In this document: piece after piece, positions 1 to 11,754 of the stretch
How positions within the stretch are numbered: the stretch's first letter is position 1
How the letters are laid out: each line of letters begins with the position of its first letter
From: Eledone cirrhosa
Lineage: Eukaryota
Direction of reading: 5' to 3'
DNA length: 64,000 nt
NCBI GenBank assembly: GCA_964016885.1
Contig: OZ024765.1
Location: 23,064,001 to 23,128,000 of the forward strand
Translations under genes and position numbers: made by a program
Notes under the pieces: generated by a model
The model's database searches: none
Seen by the model: the letters and a program-made list of their open reading frames with translations, nothing else
Told to the model about the DNA's origin: nothing

Positions 1-1920
1 CAGTATCAGTAGAGGGTCTGACACCATGTTAGGGTGGTGGATTGGCAGTATCAGTAGAGGGTTGGACCCCATGGTAGGGTGGTGGATTGGCAGTATCAGT
101 AGAGGGTCTGACACCATGTTAGGGTGGTGGATTGGCAGTATCAGTAGAGGGTCTGACACCATGTTAGGGTGGTGGATTGGCAGTATCTGTAGAGGGTCTG
201 ACACCATGTTAGGGTGGTGGATTGGCAGTATCTGTAGAGGGTCTGACACCATGTTAGGGTGGTGGATTGGCAGTATCTGTAGAGGGTCTGACACCATGTT
301 AGGGTGGTGGATTGGCAGTATCTGTAGAGGGTTGGACCCCATGGTAGGGTGGTGGATTGGCAGTATCTGTAGAGGGTCTGACACCATGTTAGGGTGGTGG
401 ATTGGCAGTATCTGTAGAGGGTTGGACCCCATGGTAGGGTGGTGGATTGGCAGTATCAGTAGAGGGTCTGACACCATGTTAGGGTGGTGGATTGGCAGTA
501 TCTGTAGAGGGTCTGACACCATGTTAGGGTGGTGGATTGGCAGTATCAGTAGAGGGTCGGATGCCATGGTAGGGTGGTGGATTGGCAGTATCGGTAGAGG
601 GTCGGATGCCATGTTAGGGTGGTGGATTGGCAGTATCTGTAGAGGGTCGGACGCCATGTGAGGGTGGTGGATTGGCAGTATCTGTAGAGAGTCGGATGCC
701 ATGTTAGGGTGGTGGATTGGCAGTATCTGTAGAGGGTCTGACACCATGTTAGGGTGGTGGATTGGCAGTATCTGTAGAGGGTTGGACCCCATGGTAGGGT
801 GGTGGATTGGCAGTATCAGTAGAGGGTCTGACACCATGTTAGGGTGGTGGATTGGCAGTATCAGTAGAGGGTCTGACACCATGTTAGGGTGGTGGATTGG
901 CAGTATCTGTAGAGGGTCGGATGCCATGTTAGGGTGGTGGATTGGCAGTATCTGTAGAGGGTCGGACACCATGTGAGGGTGGTGGATTGGCAGTATCAGT
1001 AGAGGGTTGGACCCCATGGTAGGGTGGTGGATTGGCAGTATCTGTAGAGGGTCGGATGCCATGTTAGGGTGGTGGATTGGCAGTATCTGTAGAGGGTCGG
1101 ACACCATGTGAGGGTGGTGGATTGGCAGTATCGGTAGAGGGTCGGATGCCATGTTAGGGTGGTGGATTGGCAGTATCTGTAGAGGGTCGGACGCCATGTG
1201 AGGGTGGTGGATTGGCAGTATCTGTAGAGAGTCGGACCCCATGGTAGGGTGGTGGATTGGCAGTATCTGTAGAGAGTCGGACACCATGGTAGGGTGGTGG
1301 ATTGGCAGTATCTGTAGAGAGTCGGACACCATGGTAGGGTGGTGGATTGGCAGTATCAGTAGAGGGTTGGATGCCATGGTAGGGTGGTGGATTGGCAGTA
1401 TCAGTAGAGGGTTGGATGCCATGGTAGGGTGGTGGATTGGCAGTATCAGTAGAGGGTTGGACCCCATGGTAGTGTGGTGGATTGGCAGTATCAGTAGAGA
1501 GTCGGATGCCATGGTAGGGTGGTGGATTGGCAGTATCAGTAGAGGGTAGGACACCATGGTAGGGTGGTGGATTGGCAGTATCAGTAGAGGGTCGGATGCC
1601 ATGCTAGGGTGGTGGATTGGCAGTATCAGTAGAGAGTCGGATGCCATGGTAGGGTGGTGGATTGGCAGTATAGGTAGAGGGTAGGACCCCATGGTAGGGT
1701 GGTGGATTGGCAGTATAGGTAGAGGGTAGGACCCCATGGTAGGGTGGTGGATTGGCAGTATCTGTAGAGGGTCGGATGCCATGGTAGTGTGGTGGATTGG
1801 CAGTATCTGTAGAGAGTCGGACCCCATGGTAGGGTGGTGGATTGGCAGTATCAGTAGAGAGTCGGATGCCATGGTAGTGTGGTGGATTGGCAGTATCTGT
1901 AGAGAGTCGGATGCCATGCT
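1..1920 (+). repeat. 45-bp G-rich minisatellite (~43 copies, truncated by the window start), derived from a SINE head
   Basis: Unit agggtggtggattggcagtatc(t/a)gtagagggtc(t/g)ga(c/t)(a/g)ccatg(t/g)t. It runs directly into a SINE body at ~1920, and the same motif heads single SINE copies at 2452 and 13940(-). Confidence 0.93.
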
Positions 1921-2075
1921 TTCCAGCATAGAGTTACCTCCCTTTATGGTCTGAGTTCAAATCCCGCCGAGGTTGACTTTGCCTTTCATCCTTACGGGGG
2001 TCGATAAAATAAAGTACCAGTAATGTACTGGGTAATTGCTGGCCTTGTGCCAAAAGTAGAAACCATTTATTATAT
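1880..2075 (+). mobile_element. tRNA-derived SINE (family B)
   Basis: B-box-like GAGTTCAAATCC followed by gactttgcctttcatcc..gtcgataaaataaagtaccagt. Homologous copies at 2452, 7024 and 13700. Confidence 0.7.
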
Positions 2076-2101
2076 GATTTTATTAATTATTATTGGTAAA
2101 G

Positions 2102-2333
2102 GTCTCCAGAAGAGATGCGCCGCTGTGTTTGCTCTGTTAGCAAGCTCCTCGTGTGTCACCGAAGAACGTTCTGTCCTGCATGATCGCAAACTTCCTCTAA
2201 AAAGTCCAATTTTACCGAACCGCCAGAAGCTTGTACGTCTTCATGCCGCCCACATTCTTAGCATGGATGTTGTGATGTTGATAGGTCTGGAGATGGGAAG
2301 TCACGCCTCAGATTGTTGGAAACACATATTCAG
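2102..2333 (+). CDS. ARFGEF3: ARFGEF3/BIG3 internal exon (GLQKRCAAVF...CWKHIFR)
   Basis: AG at 2100-2101 and donor GTAAGA. Phase 1 to 2 joins the next exon in frame. The peptide resembles the BIG3 LHAAH/GLEMGSH..CW.H.FR region. The acceptor has a weak pyrimidine tract. Confidence 0.85.
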
Positions 2334-2451
2334 GTAAGATGATATTGTTAGTGAAGTAGTAGGTTTGTGTGGGGTTTCTCACTGGAACTACCCAGGTATC
2401 AGGTCCACATATTTCTCAGTACCCTTTTTTATCTATTATCATTATAGCTAT

Positions 2452-2640
2452 TGGTGGATTGGCAGTAATTGGTAGAGCGTCGGACAACCTGCTTCGCAGC
2501 TTAGAGTTATGGCCCTTCAAGTTCTGAGTTCAAATCTTGTCTAGGTTAGCTTTGCTTATGGGGTCGATTTAATCGGCTTTCCCCTCCCCCCAAAATTACT
2601 GGCCTTGTGCCTATACTAGAAATCATTATTATTTTTATTA
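2452..2640 (+). mobile_element. SINE family B, internally deleted copy
   Basis: ggtggattggcagtaattggtagagcgtcggac...gagttcaaatc...ggccttgtgcc, ending in an (att)n tail. Confidence 0.65.
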
Positions 2641-2656
2641 CATATCATTACACATC

Positions 2657-3270
2657 ATGGCTTAGTGGTTAGAGCATTGGCCTTGCAATCGAAAGGTTGT
2701 GAGTTCAATTCTCAGACCGGGTGATGTGTTGTTTCCTTGAGCAAGACACTTTATTTCACATTGCTCCAGTTTACTCAGCTGTAGAAATGAGATGATAGGG
2801 ACTGGGGTCCCTATCATTCCACTGCAAAGTCATCATCATCATCATTCGTCGACTACTGTCGAGATGATGGATCTCACTCTCATGCCCCAGAATCCCCTGT
2901 CCCCCATCGCTGCCCCCAGGTCCCGTCTACTGATTCCCGTATCCCTAGAGATAACGTGAGGGAATGACAGCTTCCTACTCCTAGTCAGGCTGGAGTCAGG
3001 GTTCCAGAGCAAGAGAGCGGATATGATTTCATTGCTGGCACGGTGACAGTGGCCAGCAAATTGAGCTCTCCGGGATTTTAGAAGGGCGAGGGAGTTTGCA
3101 AAGTGGTCGTGGAGGTGCCACAGCAAAAAAGTACCCAGCACTCACTGCAAATGAGGTTGGTGTTAGGAAGGGCATCCAGCTGTAGAAATCAAGCCAGAAT
3201 CAGTTCCCGTCCCACCCTTGCAAGCAGGGAAAAAGCGGACGTAAAATGAAATGATGATGATGATGATGAT
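2657..3270 (+). mobile_element. tRNA-derived SINE (family A) with an RTE-type 3' end and (GAT)n tail, interrupted by a LINE fragment
   Basis: A box TGGCTTAGTGG, B box GAGTTCAATTC, CORE-like ccttgagcaagacactt. The tail cccgtcccacccttgcaagc..cggacgtaaaatg is shared with the RTE at ~17995. Uninterrupted copy at 19977. Confidence 0.8.
2831..3096 (-). mobile_element. 5'-truncated RTE/RTEX-like LINE 3' end with an 8-bp TSD (TGCAAAGT)
   Basis: Minus-strand peptide RRAQFAGHCHR..LLLWNP..RDTG..AMGDRGFW, (GAT)n tail, TSD at 2823-2830 and 3097-3104. Confidence 0.75.
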
Positions 3271-3499
3271 TACTGCTTTACCGAGCACAGAGCATGCATC
3301 TTGGGTATGTGCAGTGTAGTTTTTGCTGATGTTGTTGCTATTCTATTGATAGTATGTTTTGTAATATGGGTGCAGTGCGTAGCAGTGATATCTTTTGTAT
3401 GTTGTGTATATTTGTAAGTCCAGGAGCTTTGGCTATGTATTTTTCTGTCTTTTATTATTATTATTGTTATTCTCACCTGGCTTTCCTTGTCTTCTTCAG

Positions 3500-3625
3500 G
3501 TGTTGCAGTCATATAGCCTGGCTTGAACACACCTACTTCAGCGCTGGCAACAATCAATCAAGTCTTCCCAAGGTTCACCATGAACAAACTGTCATGTCAA
3601 TACCTAACCCAGATGGTTCTTACAA
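3500..3625 (+). CDS. ARFGEF3: ARFGEF3 exon (RCCSHIAWLEHTYFS...)
   Basis: cttcttcag acceptor and aa|GTAGGT donor. 126 nt, phase 2 to 2, in frame with both neighbours. Confidence 0.85.
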
Positions 3626-3857
3626 GTAGGTAGCAGTCATCACCCACCCCCTCTCTCTCTCTCTCTCTCACTCTCTCTCACTCTCACTCTCACTCTCTCA
3701 CTCTCACTCTCTCTCTCTCTACAAGTAGGCAGCAGTTATCACCCCACCCCCTCTCTCTCTCTCACACTCTCTCTCTCTCTACAAGTATATAGCAGTCATC
3801 ACCCCACCCCATCTCTCTCTCTCTCTCTCTACAAGTAGGTAGCAGTCATCACCGCAC

Positions 3858-3897
<40 letters not shown>

Positions 3898-4035
3898 AGT
3901 AGGTAGCAGTCATCACCCCACCCCCTCTCTCTCTCACTCTCTCTCTCTCTCTCTAAAAGTAGGTAGTAGTCATCACCCCACCCCTCTCTCACTCTCTTTC
4001 ACTCTCTCACTCACTCACTCTCTCTCACTCACTCA

Positions 4036-4066
<31 letters not shown>

Positions 4067-4086
4067 TCTCTCACTCTCTCTCTCAC

Positions 4087-4140
<54 letters not shown>
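3621..4140 (+). repeat. Tandem repeat of the donor-site motif plus (CT)n microsatellite
   Basis: About six copies of (tac)aagtaggtagcagtcatcaccccacccc separated by CT tracts. Confidence 0.85.
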
Positions 4141-4143
<3 letters not shown>

Positions 4144-4920
4144 CACATCTCTCCTCTTCCGACCATCTCTTCATGGAATACTCGTATGTGGAACTTGACC
4201 ACCACAGAATCCACTAAACATCATAGGATTTTACCAACTTTTCAACCATCCTCTTACGGGATCACCTATATAACTCACCCACACACACCCAAAAAAATTT
4301 TTTTTCTCCACACGCCACCTACACCCACAACACGCTTAAACCCCACACACACGTGCTTTCCACCACATATTTACACCCTCAGCCTCCTGATTCCTCTCCC
4401 CCCCACCCCTCTATCCACACACGCACAGACACTCCGACCTACACCCCCCCCCACACACCTCTTCCTGAACATGCAACCCCGTTCTTCCCCCAACCCTTAC
4501 TTTCACATACACACACCACCTTCAGCCCTCCCCTCTCGGACACCCCGTCTCCCTCTCCCCACTCCACCCGCCACCACCCCTACACACCCCACACCCTTCC
4601 ACCACCTGTTTTACCCCCCTTTTAATTTCAGTTTATTTTGATCATGCTTTTATATTTAATTTTATTTCCTTCCTTGTATTTTGATCATGCTTTATTTTTA
4701 TTTTTATTTTTAATTTCATTCGCACCGTTTCCTTTCGCTATATGTCTCTCCACCACTCCCCAACACACCCTTTGAACCCTGTTCCCACACACTTCTCACC
4801 TGAGGAAGGGCTTATGCCCGAAACGTCGTTCCCCACCACCACCCCACTCTCCAGAGCGTGAAATTAATAAACATTCGTTGTACTGCCTCTCTGTTTTGTT
4901 CCTGTTCAAATTTTTCCATT
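4141..4920 (+). mobile_element. Degenerate Penelope-like element 3' remnant with a partial hammerhead motif
   Basis: CTGAGGA-A-GGGC-TTAT-GCCC-GAAA-CGTCG at 4800-4828, followed by AATAAA and a (TA)n flank. Stem I pairing is not evident. Confidence 0.45.
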
Positions 4921-5654
4921 ATATATATATATATATATATATATCAAGTCACTGACGAGTTCTTGCTGTTCTGCTGAATGGGAAGAGTTCCTGTGGTATA
5001 ACCAGTAGCCTTGCCCTAATGCTTGGCACCGGAGGAGCAAGGGAGGAGAGCCTGAAGGCCCGAGATGCTATATGTCAAATCACTGACGAGGGACTAATTT
5101 TATCATACGTAACCCATGTGCAACCACGCAGTATTCCTCTTTCTTCTCATGTTTTTTATACATATTTACCTCAGCTGCGTTTGTCTGTTTCTCAGTTTCT
5201 CTCACCTTCTTTCGCCCCCTCTGTCAGTTACACTTTCTCTCGACTGACCTCTTCCTCGCACTTCCACTCACTCACTCTCTGTTTCTCCCCTTCTCACTTC
5301 CTCTCGTTTGGCTAGAGTGGGGTCCTTTCTTGCTCACATCTCACTCACGTCGGACGGTCTGTATTTTGATCATTCATGAAATCCACCCAGCTTATGCTGA
5401 CCGGATAACCATGTTGTTTGTTTATTCCTATCTTTGCGTTGCTTTCATCCTTCTATGTTGTTTACTTGTCTCACTCGCTTTACGCGATTCACTTGTCCCA
5501 ATAGCTTCTTTTAGTTATTGCTCGCACCAACCTGAGGTATATGATTTTTAATGCGATGAAATACCAATGATGGCTGGCAAATCACTGACGAAGGACTATT
5601 TTATAATATGTAACCCATGTGCAACCACGCAGTATTCTTCTTTCTTCTCATGTT

Positions 5655-5686
<32 letters not shown>

Positions 5687-5920
5687 GTCTGTCTGTCTGT
5701 CTAGCTATTTGTGTGTCTGTCTCTCTTTCTCTATATATACCACTGTCTCTATCTATCTATCTCTATATATATATCTATGGGTCTGTCTCTCTCTATATCT
5801 ATCTATCTCTATGTAACTGTCTGTCTGCAAGACCAGCCAAGCTCATGGATGTTATCCAACCATCTTGCTCAGGGTTTACCCCAGGGTCTCCTGCTGGTTG
5901 GTTCTGCCCATAAAATCTGT

Positions 5921-6772
5921 CCAGAGATTCTTTCCTCAGACATTCTAACCACATGTCTGTAGTATCAGAGCTGTGATATCTCAATTCAGAGATTCTTTCC
6001 TCAGACATTCTAACCACATGTCTGTAGTATCAGAGCTGTGATCTCTCAATCCAGAGATTCTTTCCTCAGACATTCTAACCACAGGTCTGTAATATCAGAG
6101 CTGTGATCTCTCAATCCAGAGATTCTTTCCTCAGACATTCTAACCACAGGTCTGTAATATCAGAGCTGTGATCTCTCAATCCAGAGATTCTTTCCTCAGA
6201 CATTCTAACCACATGTCTGTAGTATCAGAGCTGTGATATCTCAATCCAGAGATTCTTTCCTCAAACATTCTAACCAAATGTCTGTAGTATCAGAGCTGTG
6301 ATCTCTCAATTCAGAGATTCTTTCCTCAGACATTCTAACCACATGTCTGTAGTATCAGAGCTGTGATCTCTCAATTCAGAGATTCTTTCCTCAGACATTC
6401 TAACCACATGTCTGTAGTATCACAGCTGTGATCTCTCAATTCAGAGATTCTTTCCTCAGACATTCTAACCACATGTCTGTAGTATCAGAGCTGTGATCTC
6501 TCAATCCAGAGATTCTTTCCTCAGACATTCTAACCACATGTCTGTAGTATCAGAGCTGTGATCTCTCAATCCAGAGATTCTTTCCTCAGACATTCTAACC
6601 AAATGTCTGTAGTATCAGAGCTGTGATCTCTCAATTCAGAGATTCTTTCCTGAGACATTCTAACCACATGTCTGTAGTATCACAGCTGTGATCTCTCAAT
6701 TCAGAGATTCTTTCCTCAGACATTCTAACCACATGTCTCTAGTATCAGAGCTGTGATCTCTCAATTCAGAGA
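5921..6772. repeat. 65-bp minisatellite (~13 copies)
   Basis: Unit cagagattctttcctcagacattctaaccacatgtctgtagtatcagagctgtgatctctcaat(c/t). Ends about 40 bp before the exon acceptor. Confidence 0.95.
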
Positions 6773-6810
6773 AGTTGTATACTCTAACCTTTGTTTTCTT
6801 GTCTTTTTAG

Positions 6811-6999
6811 TTGTGATCCTGAGTTGTACATGACCTCTATGATACCAGTCATGCCTGTGGCACCAACCATTAGTGTACATGAATTAACAAGACTGAGCAA
6901 AATTGAAGCTGGATGGGAGAGTGCACTCAGTGGTGGGGGAGTCCTCAGTGCCTCTCATGCTGCCAAAGCATTGTGTGGACTTTCCCAAGAAGTTGACCG
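6811..6999 (+). CDS. ARFGEF3: ARFGEF3 exon (CDPELY...AAKALCGLSQEVDR)
   Basis: tttttag acceptor and cg|GTAAAA donor. 189 nt, phase 2 to 2. Confidence 0.87.
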
Positions 7000-7023
7000 G
7001 TAAAATAGACTCTTATTATTTTT

Positions 7024-7237
7024 TGGCATTATAGGTAGAGGGTCGGACGCCATCCTTTCACATATAGAGTTACGGCCCTTGCCATTCTGAATTCAAATTC
7101 CGCCGAGGTTAGCTTTGCCTTTCATCATTACGGCTCGATAAAATAAAGCACCAGTAGTGCACTGAGGTCGATTTAATTGACTTTCCCCTCCCCAAAAATT
7201 GTTGGCCTTGTGCCTATATCAGAAACTATTGTTATTA
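7024..7237 (+). mobile_element. SINE family B
   Basis: Colinear with the copy at 1880-2075. Confidence 0.7.
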
Positions 7238-7239
7238 AA

Positions 7240-7665
7240 GCTGTTATTGTGTACAGTGCTCAGGTGCACTACAACTCATCAAAGGTGCATGTATAGTACA
7301 TAGAATAATGTACAAATGTCAGGAAAGTGAACAGTGTATGAGTCATGATATACACACAGATACATGTGTGTGTGTATGGAGGGGGGATATCAGGTGTAGT
7401 GTTGGCGAATCTCAGGAAGCATGGAGGTTTTAAAGGATGCAGTGTCTCGACAGCTAACAACTGATGCGGGGAGTTTGTTCCATGGAGGTTTTAAAGGATG
7501 TAGTGTCTCGACAGCTAACAACTGATGCGGGGAGTTTGTTCCATGGAGGTTTTAAAGGATGCAGTGTCTCGACAACTAACAACTGATGCAGGGAGTTTGT
7601 TCCATGCTTCAGCAACTCTGAGTGTGAAACAATGTTTCCGAATGTCATGGGAGCTGTATGTTTTC
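7240..7665 (-). mobile_element. CR1-type LINE 3' end with three copies of the 61-bp unit
   Basis: Minus-strand WNKLPASVVSCRDT.SFK motif, typical of the CR1-group ORF2 C-terminus. Inverted homolog of 62020-63460. Confidence 0.7.
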
Positions 7666-10600
7666 TGTGAGATATTATGTGAAAATACAATAGTATATAT
7701 AGAGTAATGTAAATGTTATGTGAGATATTATGTGAGGTAAAGCCTTTACAGTGAAAATACAATAGTATATATAGAGTAATGTAAATGTTATGTGAGATAT
7801 TATGTGAGGTAAAGCCTTTACTGTGACAATACAATAGTATATATAGAGTAATGTAAATGTTATGTGAGATATTATGTGAGGTAAAGCCTTTACTGTGACA
7901 ATACAATAGTATATATAGAGTAATGTAAATGTTATGTGAGATCTTATGTGAGGTAAAGCCTTTACTGTGAAAATACAATAGTATATATAGAGTAATGTAA
8001 ATGTTATGTGAGATATTATGTGAGGTAAAGATTTTACTGTGAAAATACAATAGTATATATAGAGTAATGTAAATGTTATGTGAGATATTATGTGAGGTAA
8101 AGCCTTTACTGTGACAATATAATAGTATATATAGAGTAATGTAAATGTTATGTGAGGTATTATGTGAGGTAAAGCCTTTACTGTGACAATACAATAGTAT
8201 ATATAGAGTAATGTAAATGTTATGTGAGATCTTATGTGAGGTAAAGCCTTTACTGTGAAAATACAATAGTATATATAGAGTAATGTAAATGTTATGTGAG
8301 ATATTATGTGAGGTAAAGCCTTTACTGTGAAAATATAGTAGTATATATAGAGTAATGTAAATGTTATGTGAGATATTACGTGAGGTAAAGCCTTTACTGT
8401 GACAATACAATAGTATATATAGAGTAATATAAATGTTATGTGCGATATTATGTGAGGTAAAGACTTTACTGTGAAAATACAATAGTATATATAGAGTAAT
8501 GTAAATGTTGTGAGATATTATGTGAGGTAAAGCCTTTACTGTGAAAATATAATAGTATATATAGAGTAATGTAAATGTTATGTGAGATATTACGTGAGGT
8601 AAAGCCTTTACTGTGACAATACAATAGTATATATAGAGTAATATAAATGTTATGTGCGATATTACGTGAGGTAAAGCCTTTACTGTGACAATACAATAGT
8701 ATATATAGAGTAATGTAAATGTTATGTGAGGTATTATGTGAGGTAAAGACTTTACTGTGACAATACAATAGTATATATAGAGTAATGTAAATGTTATGTG
8801 AGATATGTGAGGTAAAGCCTTTACTGTGACAATACAATAGTATATATAGAGTAATGTAAATGTTATGTGAGATATTATGTGAGGTAAAGACTTTACTGTG
8901 AAAATACAATAGTATATATAGAGTAATGTAAATGTTATGTGAGATATTATGTGAGGTAAAGCCTTTACTGTGAAAATACAATAGTATATATAGAGTAATG
9001 TAAATGTTATGTGAGATATTATGTGAGGTAAAGCCTTTACTGTGACAATACGATAGTATATATAGAGTAATGTAAATGTTATGTGAGATATTATGTGAGG
9101 TAAAGCCTTTACTGTGACAATACAATAGTATATATAGAGTAATGTAAATGTTATGTGAGATCTTATGTGAGGTAAAGCCTTTACTGTGAAAATACAATAG
9201 TATATATAGAGTAATGTAAATGTTATGTGAGATATTATGTGAGGTAAAGATTTTACTGTGAAAATACAATAGTATATATAGAGTAATGTAAATGTTATGT
9301 GAGATATTATGTGAGGTAAAGCCTTTACTGTGACAATATAATAGTATATATAGAGTAATGTAAATGTTATGTGAGGTATTATGTGAGGTAAAGCCTTTAC
9401 TGTGACAATACAATAGTATATATAGAGTAATGTAAATGTTATGTGAGATCTTATGTGAGGTAAAGCCTTTACTGTGAAAATACAATAGTATATATAGAGT
9501 AATGTAAATGTTATGTGAGATATTATGTGAGGTAAAGCCTTTACTGTGAAAATATAGTAGTATATATAGAGTAATGTAAATGTTATGTGAGATATTACGT
9601 GAGGTAAAGCCTTTACTGTGACAATACAATAGTATATATAGAGTAATATAAATGTTATGTGCGATATTATGTGAGGTAAAGACTTTACTGTGAAAATACA
9701 ATAGTATATATAGAGTAATGTAAATGTTGTGAGATATTATGTGAGGTAAAGCCTTTACTGTGAAAATATAATAGTATATATAGAGTAACGTAAATGTTAT
9801 GTGAGATATTACGTGAGGTAAAGCCTTTACTGTGACAATACAATAGTATATATAGAGTAATGTAAATGTTATGTGAGGTATTATGTGAGGTAAAGACTTT
9901 ACTGTGACAATACAATAGTATATATAGAGTAATGTAAATGTTATGTGAGATATGTGAGGTAAAGCCTTTACTGTGACAATACAATAGTATATATAGAGTA
10001 ATGTAAATGTTATGTGAGATATTATGTGAGGTAAAGACTTTACTGTGACAATACAATAGTATATATAGAGCAATGTAAATGTTATGTGAGATATGTGAGG
10101 TAAAGCCTTTACTGTGACAATACAATAGTATATATAGAGTAATGTAAATGTTATGTGAGATATTATGTGAGGTAAAGCCTTTACTGTGACAATACAATAG
10201 TATATATAGAGTAATGTAAATGTTATGTGAGATATTACGTGAGGTAAAGACTTTACTGTGACAATACAATAGTATATATAAAGTAATGTAAATGTTATGT
10301 GAGATATTATGTGAGGTAAAGCCTTTACTGTGACAATACAATAGTATATATAGAGCAATGTAAATGTTATGTGAGATATTATGTGAGGTAAAGCCTTTAC
10401 TGTGACAATACAATAGTATATATAAAGTAATGTAAATGTTATGTGAGATATTATGTGAGGTAAAGCCTTTACTGTGACAATACAATAGTATATATAGAGT
10501 AATGTAAATGTTATGTGAGGTAAAGCCTTTACTGTGACAATACAATAGTATATATAGAGCAATGTAAATGTTATGTGAGATATTATGTGAGGTAAAGCCT

Positions 10601-10726
10601 TTACTGTGACAATACAATAGTATATATAAAGTAATGTAAATGTTATGTGAGATATTATGTGAGGTAAAGCCTTTACTGTGAAAATACAATAGTATATATA
10701 GAGCAATGTAAATGTTAAAGGGTTAA
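7666..10726 (-). repeat. 72-bp AT-rich minisatellite (~42 copies) ending in a TTAA-CCCTTT terminus
   Basis: 72-bp period (24-aa pseudo-repeat). Reverse complement of the arrays at 33345-45311. Terminus aaagggttaa at 10717-10726. Confidence 0.95.
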
Positions 10727-10762
10727 ATCAACAGTTTTGTTTAATTGTTAGTCGTTGTTTAG

Positions 10763-11027
10763 TTTATTTGAAGATGCTGCTCAGAAATTGAACCTCCAGG
10801 CTCTGGTGAGTTTCTTGTCGGAGTTATGTACAGCCAGCCACCACCAGTTGGTACAACTGTATACAACCAATGAAGATGAAGAGACCCTTAATGTGGCTGT
10901 CAAGTTACCAACCAACGCCCTGCTCCTTTATAGACTGCAGGAAGTCCTTATGAAGGTGCTGCACACCGGACGACCGTTGATGCACCTCGTGCAAGCCTTT
11001 AATGCTGTTTCAACTCATTTAGTGGAG
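10763..11027 (+). CDS. ARFGEF3: ARFGEF3 exon (LFEDAAQKLNLQAL...HLVE)
   Basis: tttag acceptor and gag|GTAAGT donor, phase 2 to 0. Matches my recollection of BIG3 'RLFEDATDKLNL.AL'. Confidence 0.93.
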
Positions 11028-11056
11028 GTAAGTATGGCAGTTGAATGAGGAGATAT

Positions 11057-11066
11057 CACCACCACC

Positions 11067-11097
<31 letters not shown>

Positions 11098-11435
11098 CCA
11101 CCACCACCACCACCACCACCATCACCACCACCATCACCACCACCACCACCATCATCACCACCAACACCAACACCACCACCACCATCACCATCACCACCAC
11201 CACCACCACCACCATCATCACCATCACCACCATCAGCACCATCACCACCAACACCACAACCACCATCACCACCACCATCACCATCACCACCAACACCATC
11301 ACCACCACCATCACCATCACCGCCATCATCACCATCACCACCACCACCACCACCACCACCACCACCACCACCACTACCACCACCACTACCATCACCATCA
11401 TCATCACCACAACCACCACAACCACCATCACCTCC
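11057..11435. repeat. (CAC/CAT)n microsatellite
   Basis: Directly visible; intronic. Confidence 0.95.
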
Positions 11436-11523
11436 ACGTAAAGTGCTCTCTTTGATTTTGTTTTAATTCTGTTTACCGATTTCTGTTGTTCTAAATTATT
11501 TCTGTGTTGTTTGTGTTGTACAG

Positions 11524-11703
11524 GCTGCTGGGAACAGAGAGAGGCGCATCTCCAAGATGGCGGTGACATGCATGCATGACTACATAACGTCTGTATTGAG
11601 TACTCACCCGGAGAAGACCCACTTTCACGTCAACGAGTTGCTGTGTAAAGGGTTTGAAAGTCTCTTCTCGATGGACATGTGTGATGGAGATGTACAAGAT
11701 CAG
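11524..11703 (+). CDS. ARFGEF3: ARFGEF3 exon (AAGNRERRISKMAV...DVQDQ)
   Basis: tacag acceptor and cag|GTAAGA donor. 180 nt, phase 0 to 0, with HFH.NE and CD.DVQDQ motifs. Confidence 0.93.
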
Positions 11704-11754
11704 GTAAGACATGGGGCTGGTCCCTTTTCTCTGGTCCCTGGTCTCTTCCAGACC

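Noticed and set aside
26-1954. LGWWIGSI repeat peptides
   Set aside because: 45-bp SINE-head repeat with sporadic in-frame stops.
2657-2725. tRNA gene (also at 15114 and 19977)
   Set aside because: A and B boxes are present, but the sequence continues into SINE body and tail, and no convincing acceptor stem is seen.
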